Positions 58,045-64,000 of a stretch of 64,000 bases of DNA are shown in pieces. The first letter of the stretch is position 1, and the number at the start of each line of letters is the position of its first letter. Source of the DNA: Myxococcales bacterium (lineage in GTDB: Bacteria > Myxococcota_A > Polyangia > Fen-1088); the NCBI GenBank assembly GCA_022184915.1, contig JAGTJU010000008.1:6760-70759 (forward strand). The letters run 5' to 3'. The position numbers and the translations under genes are program-made. The notes beneath the pieces were generated by a model. The model was not told where the DNA came from. It was given only the letters and a program-made list of their open reading frames with translations, and ran no database searches.

Positions 58045-59103
58045 ATGAGCGCCTCTGGCACCTTCACGGCCTATCTGGTCGAGCCCGCGTTCGAGGCGGC
58101 GCTCGAAGCGGAGCTGGGGAGCGCGCCGGGCCGCAGCCCCCGGTGGCCGGCCGTGCTCACGCGCCCCCGCGGTCACGACGGGCCCGAGGATCCGATGTTC
58201 GCGCGCCAGGTGTTGCCCGAGGCGCAGCTCATCAAGGCGCCTGCGCCGGAAGCGCTCGTCGAGCAGGTCCTCGAGGCGAGCCTCGCGCGGGTGCAGGGCG
58301 CGGTGGCGGGGCCTTTCGTGTTCACCCCCGACGCCTCACGGTACCGGGCGCTCGCGGCCGCCGTGGGGCCCTGCACGCAGCGCCTCAAAGCGGGTTTGAA
58401 AGCGGCGGGGCACAAAGGGCTTCCCCCCAATCCACAAGCGCTGCGGGCGGCGTTTCGGCAGGGCCGGCAGGTGCTGCAAGTGGCTTTGGTCGGACACACG
58501 TCCGCCCTCGTATCGTGCAGCGTGCCCCGCGCGTGCGTTGGCGGCGGCTTCGACATCTCGCCCTGGCCCGCGGGTCTGGCCCCCGTGGCTCAGGATCGGC
58601 AAGCCCCGTCCCGGGCGTACAAGAAGCTCGAGGAAACCTTCGCGTGGCTCGGCCGCGCTCCCAGGGCTCACGAAACCGTGGTGGATCTCGGCGGCGCTCC
58701 CGGGGGGTGGGCGTGGACGGCGCTCAAGCGCGGCGCCCAGGTGACCGCGATCGATCGCGCGCCGCTGTCTCCGCCCGCGGCGGGGCACCCGGCCCTCGTG
58801 CAAGTGCAGGGCGATGCCTTTGCGTTTTCGCCCCCGGCCCCCGTCGACTGGTTGCTCTGCGACGTCATCTGCGAGCCCGCGCGCTCGCTGGCGCTCATCA
58901 CCCGCTGGGCGCGCGAGGGCTGGTGCCGTCACCTGGTGGTAACGGTGAAGTTCAAGGGCGCCACCGGCAATCATCTCGCCGTGTCTCCGATCGTGTCCGT
59001 GCTGACCACGGCGGGCTTCAGGGTTGCGCGGGTCAAGCACCTGCACAACAACCAGAACGAGGTGGAAGTGTTCGCCTCCCGCGAGGGCGATCAACACGGC
59101 TGA
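58045..59103 (+). CDS. rlmM: RlmM/FtsJ-family 2'-O-methyltransferase
   Basis: APSRAYKKLEE, VDLG.APGGW, V.AID, DAF.F.P..PVDWLLCD, K, N..EV. Confidence 0.75.
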   Translation: MSASGTFTAYLVEPAFEAALEAELGSAPGRSPRWPAVLTRPRGHDGPEDPMFARQVLPEAQLIKAPAPEALVEQVLEASLARVQGAVAGPFVFTPDASRYRALAAAVGPCTQRLKAGLKAAGHKGLPPNPQALRAAFRQGRQVLQVALVGHTSALVSCSVPRACVGGGFDISPWPAGLAPVAQDRQAPSRAYKKLEETFAWLGRAPRAHETVVDLGGAPGGWAWTALKRGAQVTAIDRAPLSPPAAGHPALVQVQGDAFAFSPPAPVDWLLCDVICEPARSLALITRWAREGWCRHLVVTVKFKGATGNHLAVSPIVSVLTTAGFRVARVKHLHNNQNEVEVFASREGDQHG

Positions 59104-59195
59104 CACGTAAAGTCGTGTGAACGTCACGTTTGGCTTTGGCCGACATCCGACCCAAATGCTAACGTCTGGCCGCCCCGGCCACGACGGCCGCCTGG

Positions 59196-59855
59196 ATGGT
59201 CATGAATCAGAACTCTCGCTTCGTTCAAACTCTCCTCGAGTTGCCCATCTTCGAGTCCGAATGGGTGCTCTATTTGCTGATCCTGCTGTCCGCGGCCTCC
59301 ATCGCCGTGATGATCGAGCGGGCGGCGTTTTACCGCAGCCGGCGCGTCGACACCGATGGCCTGCGCAAAATGCTCTCGGAGCGCCTTGCGAAGGGCGACT
59401 ACGCCGGCGCCCTCGGCGAGATGCAAAAGCAGGATTCGCTGGAGACGAACGTGGTGCTCGTGGGTTTGCAAGCGTCGGCCAAGGGGCCCGAGTCCGTGGA
59501 GGATCTCATCTCGGGCGCCCTCGGGCGTGAAAAGACCCGCTACGAAAAGCGCCTCAGCTTCCTGGCCACGCTGGCCAGCAACGCGCCCTACATCGGGCTC
59601 TTCGGCACCGTGCTCGGCATCATCCGCGCCTTCCGCGATCTGGCCGCCAACATGGCGGATGCCAGCACCTCGGTGATGGCCGGCATCGCCGAAGCGCTGA
59701 TCGCCACGGCGGTGGGCCTTTTGGTCGCGATACCGGCCGTCATCGCCTACAACGTGTTCAAGGGCCGCGTGAAAGAATCCGTGACCGACTGCCAGATGTT
59801 GTCACGCGTGGTGCTGGCACAGCTCAAGTCCACCGATCTCGGCAAAGCCGACTGA
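59196..59855 (+). CDS. exbB: ExbB/TolQ proton channel
   Basis: LATLASNAPYIGLFGTVLGII; GIAEALIATAVGLLVAIPAV..YN. Confidence 0.92.
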   Translation: MVMNQNSRFVQTLLELPIFESEWVLYLLILLSAASIAVMIERAAFYRSRRVDTDGLRKMLSERLAKGDYAGALGEMQKQDSLETNVVLVGLQASAKGPESVEDLISGALGREKTRYEKRLSFLATLASNAPYIGLFGTVLGIIRAFRDLAANMADASTSVMAGIAEALIATAVGLLVAIPAVIAYNVFKGRVKESVTDCQMLSRVVLAQLKSTDLGKAD

Positions 59856-59882
59856 CCTTCGACGTTTCCTCGGAGACCCTCC

Positions 59883-60323
59883 ATGGCCTCTCTCGACGAT
59901 GGCGCTGACGAAGACGGACCTCTCGCTTCGATCAACATCATTCCCTTCGTGGACATCGTGCTGGTGCTGCTGGTCATCTTCATGCTGACCTCCGCCACGA
60001 TCGTGCGGGCCAGCTTGAAGGTCGAGCTGCCCCGTGCGGCCTCGGGCGGTGCCCGCGTGGAATCCACGTTGAATCTGGTGGTGCCGAAGGAAGGCCCGTT
60101 TTTGGTCAACGGAGAGCCTGCCGCGAACCTCGAGGCCGTGGGCCGCCTGGTGAAAGCGGCGGCGGCAGCCGATCCGAAGACTCAAGCCGTGATCGCGGGC
60201 GACAAGGGAGCGGAGTACGGTCGGGTGGTGGAGATGATCGACGTGGTGAAGCAAAACGGCATCAAGGCCTTCGCCCTCGACATCGAGAAGGGCAACGCCC
60301 CCACCGCGGCCGCCACCCCCTGA
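59883..60323 (+). CDS. exbD: ExbD/TolR
   Basis: INIIPFVDIVLVLLVIFM; V.LP.A; GDK..YG.V....D. Confidence 0.92.
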   Translation: MASLDDGADEDGPLASINIIPFVDIVLVLLVIFMLTSATIVRASLKVELPRAASGGARVESTLNLVVPKEGPFLVNGEPAANLEAVGRLVKAAAAADPKTQAVIAGDKGAEYGRVVEMIDVVKQNGIKAFALDIEKGNAPTAAATP

Positions 60324-60338
60324 ACCCGCCCCGCACCG

Positions 60339-61304
60339 ATGATGGACCTCGAAAGCCGCGCCCGCGCCCGCCCGCAACCTCTGCGGCGCGCGCCTCTGCC
60401 CGTCAGGCGCGCAGAGGCGCGTCGGGCCGCGCGGGAGCGCATCGCGGTGGCTGCCACCCGGCCCGTCACACGGGAGCAGCTGGCACTCGATCCGCTCACG
60501 CACGAATCCCGCGCGCCTGCCGCCAGGGCCATCGGGTTCTTTGCCGCGGCGCTGGCCCTCCACGCGCTGGTGGTGGGGCTTGGCGTCTGGCTGGGTGACG
60601 GCGCCCACGAGTTCGTCCGCGACGAGCAGCAGGTGAAGATCGAGGTGCGGGAGCCGCCCCCCCCACCACCGCCCCCGCCCGAACCCGAACCCGAGCCCGA
60701 GCCGGTGGAAACGCCCCCCCAAACACCACCCCCGAAACCTCAGCCGAAGGTCGAGCGGGCACCGGCGCCGCCGCCTCCCAAGGCCGAAACACCCCCCCCG
60801 CCGCCGGAAGCCAAGCCTCCACCGCGCGTGGTGGGCTTGAGCCTCGACTCCACGACCGAAGGCGGCAGTGGCCCCTCCTTCGCCGTGGGCAACACGCGCG
60901 AGGGCGAGACCGGCAAACGCGCCGCGGACCCCAACAAAGTGGCGCCCGTGGGCGTGGGCCCCATCGTGGAGCAGCCCACGGAATCGCCGAACCGGGCGGC
61001 CTCGCGCATCCCCACCGTGGGCCTTCAATACACGCCCGCCAAACGCAAGCAGGTCATCAAGCCCCCCTACCCCGAAGCCCTCAAGGCCCAAGGCATCGAG
61101 GGCGACGTCACCGTGATGGTGACCATCGACGCCACGGGAAAGGTGAGCAACGTCAAGGTCGTCAAAGAGGCGGCCTATGCCGAGTTCAACGAGTCGGCGC
61201 GCAAGACCGCGCTTGCGGAAGAGTTCGAGCCCGCCCAAAAAAACGGGGCGGCCGTTCCCGCCACCATCACCTTCACGTACCGTTTTCGCTTGGAAGAATC
61301 TTGA
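60339..61304 (+). CDS. tonB: TonB energy transducer
   Basis: TM His motif, Pro/EP-rich linker, P.YP..L...GIEG.V, F.PA..NG. Confidence 0.9.
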   Translation: MMDLESRARARPQPLRRAPLPVRRAEARRAARERIAVAATRPVTREQLALDPLTHESRAPAARAIGFFAAALALHALVVGLGVWLGDGAHEFVRDEQQVKIEVREPPPPPPPPPEPEPEPEPVETPPQTPPPKPQPKVERAPAPPPPKAETPPPPPEAKPPPRVVGLSLDSTTEGGSGPSFAVGNTREGETGKRAADPNKVAPVGVGPIVEQPTESPNRAASRIPTVGLQYTPAKRKQVIKPPYPEALKAQGIEGDVTVMVTIDATGKVSNVKVVKEAAYAEFNESARKTALAEEFEPAQKNGAAVPATITFTYRFRLEES

Positions 61305-61383
61305 ACGGTTTCCGGCCCAGCGCCGGCCCGGCCCATTCGGGCCTTGCGACCCACGAGCTTTTCGCATGATACGCACGATCAGG

Positions 61384-62352
61384 ATGACAGCCCTCGAAGG
61401 CCTCTGTCTCGCGGCGCTCGCGCTCGGAGGCGCGGCCTGCACCGAAGACTTCCCTCCTTACAACCGCCTCGAAGCCTTGCGCGTGCTGGCCATCCAGAGT
61501 GAACCGGTGGCCCCGGCCTTTGGTGAAACCACCACCCTGACCCCGCTCGTTCACACCGCCGCAGGCGAAGCCGTGACGTACGCCTGGTCGTGGTGCCCCT
61601 TCGCCGGCGGCGCCAACGACGGCTATCCCTGTCTGGTTTCCGAAGAGCAGCTCCGGGCCCAGCTGGGTGCCGCTGGCGCCAACCTGCCCCCCTTCGATCT
61701 CGGCACGGGCCCCACCGCCAGCTTCACGCACACGCTCGACCCCGCCGCGCTGGCTCCGCTGTGCGCCGCCACCCTGCCGCCGGGGTTGGCGCCCTTTCCC
61801 CTCTCGCTCGACTGCAAGGAGGGGTTCCCCATCTCGATCAAGCTCGTGGTCAGCACACCCACCGATACCATCACCTCCGTGCGCAGCCTCGACCTGCGCC
61901 TGGATCCCAGCACGCCACCCAACACAAACCCGCGCATGACGAATTTGGTCGCCCTGTTGCCGGTCCCCGGTTTCCCGGAACGCAGGACCACAGCACCCTT
62001 CGACGCCGTTGGCACCGTGGTGTTGCCGCGCAGGGTGGAGACGACGATCCAGGTCACGGTGGATCCCACGAGCTCCGAGCCTTTCGTGGACAAAAACGAA
62101 CGGAATGAAGACATTCCGGCCAACGAGCGCTTGTTTTTGACCTGGTTCGTCGAGTCGGGCAGCACGGACGACGAACGAACCAGCTTTTTGCCCGGGCTCA
62201 CCAATCTTCTGGAGGCAACGATCAACGGGTGGCGCCCCGCCTCCGTTGAGGACTATGCCCCCGCCACCTCGCGCATCTACGTGGTGGTGCGCGACAACCG
62301 AGGCGGCGTGAGCTGGCTTTCGGGCCTTGCCACCTTGGGAGCGGAACCATGA
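61384..62352 (+). CDS. TBDT-associated lipoprotein
   Basis: GAAC lipobox; LRVLAI..EP; VVVRD.RGG..W. Confidence 0.75.
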   Translation: MTALEGLCLAALALGGAACTEDFPPYNRLEALRVLAIQSEPVAPAFGETTTLTPLVHTAAGEAVTYAWSWCPFAGGANDGYPCLVSEEQLRAQLGAAGANLPPFDLGTGPTASFTHTLDPAALAPLCAATLPPGLAPFPLSLDCKEGFPISIKLVVSTPTDTITSVRSLDLRLDPSTPPNTNPRMTNLVALLPVPGFPERRTTAPFDAVGTVVLPRRVETTIQVTVDPTSSEPFVDKNERNEDIPANERLFLTWFVESGSTDDERTSFLPGLTNLLEATINGWRPASVEDYAPATSRIYVVVRDNRGGVSWLSGLATLGAEP

Positions 62353-64000
62353 AGCGCAGTCTGCACGGCAGCGTGGCGCTGCTCCTGGGTCTCTTCGCCA
62401 GCGTTCCCACCGGGGCGCGGGCCCAGGGCGTGTCCGCAAAGAGCGGTGCCGCAACGGCCCCCGGCGGCGACGGGGCCGATGCGGGGCGTGAGACGCTCGA
62501 GGCCTCGAAGCTCAGCAAAGTCCCCAAGCAAAAGACCTTCGTGAAAGCGGACTATCCGCCCGAAGCCAAGGCGCAGGGGCTCGAGGGCGAAGTGACCTTG
62601 CTGCTCGACATCAACGCCGAGGGCACCATCGACGCCGTGAGCGTGGTCGAGGCCACCCCACCGGACGTGGGCTTCGAGGAGGCCGCGTCGATCGCGGCCC
62701 AAGGCTTCGAGTTCGAGCCGGCCGAGGTGGAGGGAAAGCCCATCGCCGTTCAGCTGTCATACAGGTACCGCTTTACCCTCGAACCCGAAGCGCCCGCCAG
62801 CGCGCCCCCCCCGGGACCTGAGTCACCCGGGCCAAACGACGCCCCGGCCGCCGCCCCCAAGCCTGCCAAGGCTCCCGTGGCCAACTTCACCGGGCTGCTG
62901 CTCGAACGAGGCACCCGTTCCCCCTTGCCGGGCGTGATCGTCACGGTGTTCCGCGACGACGGAGACGCTCCCGTGGGCTACGAAGCCACTACCAGCGAAC
63001 AGGGACGTTTTGAGTTCTTCGATCTGCCCGCGGGCCCCTGGAAGGTCCTCATCGAGGCGCCCGGCTTTTACCCCTTCCGAACCACGGAGGAGTTGGCAGA
63101 GAACGAGGCGATCGACGCGACCTACTACGAAGAGCGGCAATCGTATAACCCCTACGACGTGACGGTCACGGCCGATCGGCCCCGCAAAGAGGTGAGCCGC
63201 ACCGTGATCTCGGCGAAGGAGATCGACAAAATTCCCGGCACGGCCGGCGATCCCTTGGCCGTCATCCAAAACTTCGCAGGCGTGGCCCGCACGCCGGTGG
63301 GCAGCGGCCAGATCATCGTGCGCGGCTCGGCCCCCGAAGACACCCGGGTGTTCGTGGACGGCGTCGAGGTTCCGATCATCTACCACTTCGGGGGGCTGCG
63401 CAGCGTGCTCCCGATCGGCATGCTGGATGGGATCGATTTTTACCCGGGCAACTTCGCCCCCAGCTACGGCCGCGCCACCGGCGGCGTCATCGACGTGCGT
63501 ACGAAGAAGCCCGAGGCCAAGCAGCTGCGCGGCTACGCCGACGTGAGCCTGCTCGACACGGGCGTGTTCCTCGAGATTCCCCTCGGGACCAAGGGCTCAC
63601 TGTCGCTGTCCGGGCGGCGCAGCTACATCGACTTCATCCTCAACGCCGTGGTCCCCGAAGACGCCGACGTGAACCTGGTGGCGGCGCCGCGCTACTACGA
63701 CTACCAGCTGCTCGCGACCTACCGCCCGGCGCCTGCGCACGACATCCGGTTCTTTTTCTTCGGCTCCGATGACCGGCTCGAGCTGCTCTTCACCAACCCG
63801 GCCGATCTCGACACGGCCGTCACCGGCAACAGCCTGTCGGCCTCCACCACGTTCTACCGCTCGGCCACGACCTACCGCTACGTGCCGAGCCCGAACTTCT
63901 CGAACACGCTGCGCATCTCTCAGGGGCGCAACTGGTTCAACTTCTCGGTGGGCAACCTGGTCTTCGACCTCAACGTGTACGTCAGCCAAATTCGCGACAC
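62349..64000 (+). CDS. TonB-dependent receptor with N-terminal TonB-C domain (partial, runs off window)
   Basis: YP..A...GLEG.V; carboxypeptidase-regulatory-like domain; IPGT.GD, VRGS.P, YHFGG..S, YG.ATGG. Confidence 0.9.
   Translation, partial: MKRSLHGSVALLLGLFASVPTGARAQGVSAKSGAATAPGGDGADAGRETLEASKLSKVPKQKTFVKADYPPEAKAQGLEGEVTLLLDINAEGTIDAVSVVEATPPDVGFEEAASIAAQGFEFEPAEVEGKPIAVQLSYRYRFTLEPEAPASAPPPGPESPGPNDAPAAAPKPAKAPVANFTGLLLERGTRSPLPGVIVTVFRDDGDAPVGYEATTSEQGRFEFFDLPAGPWKVLIEAPGFYPFRTTEELAENEAIDATYYEERQSYNPYDVTVTADRPRKEVSRTVISAKEIDKIPGTAGDPLAVIQNFAGVARTPVGSGQIIVRGSAPEDTRVFVDGVEVPIIYHFGGLRSVLPIGMLDGIDFYPGNFAPSYGRATGGVIDVRTKKPEAKQLRGYADVSLLDTGVFLEIPLGTKGSLSLSGRRSYIDFILNAVVPEDADVNLVAAPRYYDYQLLATYRPAPAHDIRFFFFGSDDRLELLFTNPADLDTAVTGNSLSASTTFYRSATTYRYVPSPNFSNTLRISQGRNWFNFSVGNLVFDLNVYVSQIRD

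Overview
High-GC bacterial DNA, probably Myxococcota given the lipoprotein and TonB gene styles (inferred). The left ~45 kb is a rearranged accessory island. It holds IS1202-like (ISNCY), ISAzo13, IS3, IS21 and IS91-family elements or remnants, a group II intron 3' remnant, three toxin-antitoxin pairs, many gene fragments and three DUF692 (MNIO) loci. At least nine full or partial copies of a ~100-bp site with a dif-like core (ACGCCCGATAA-AATATG-TTCTGTCAACT) and conserved flanks punctuate the island. Cargo includes an unusual RiPP cluster at 16.2-23.9 kb: an 8x16-aa repeat precursor fused to pentapeptide repeats, with MNIO, B12-radical SAM, two borosin-like methylases, a beta-hydroxylase, a kinase and a PRMT-like enzyme. 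A bufferin-like cluster is disrupted by an apparent 1.1-kb inversion. The right ~19 kb looks intact. It has a 12-gene envelope operon with MotA, MotB and a membrane-anchored FliG-like protein but no flagellar genes, then an RlmM-like methylase and an ExbB-ExbD-TonB-lipoprotein-TBDT locus running off the window. Family calls come from motifs recognised by eye, not database searches.
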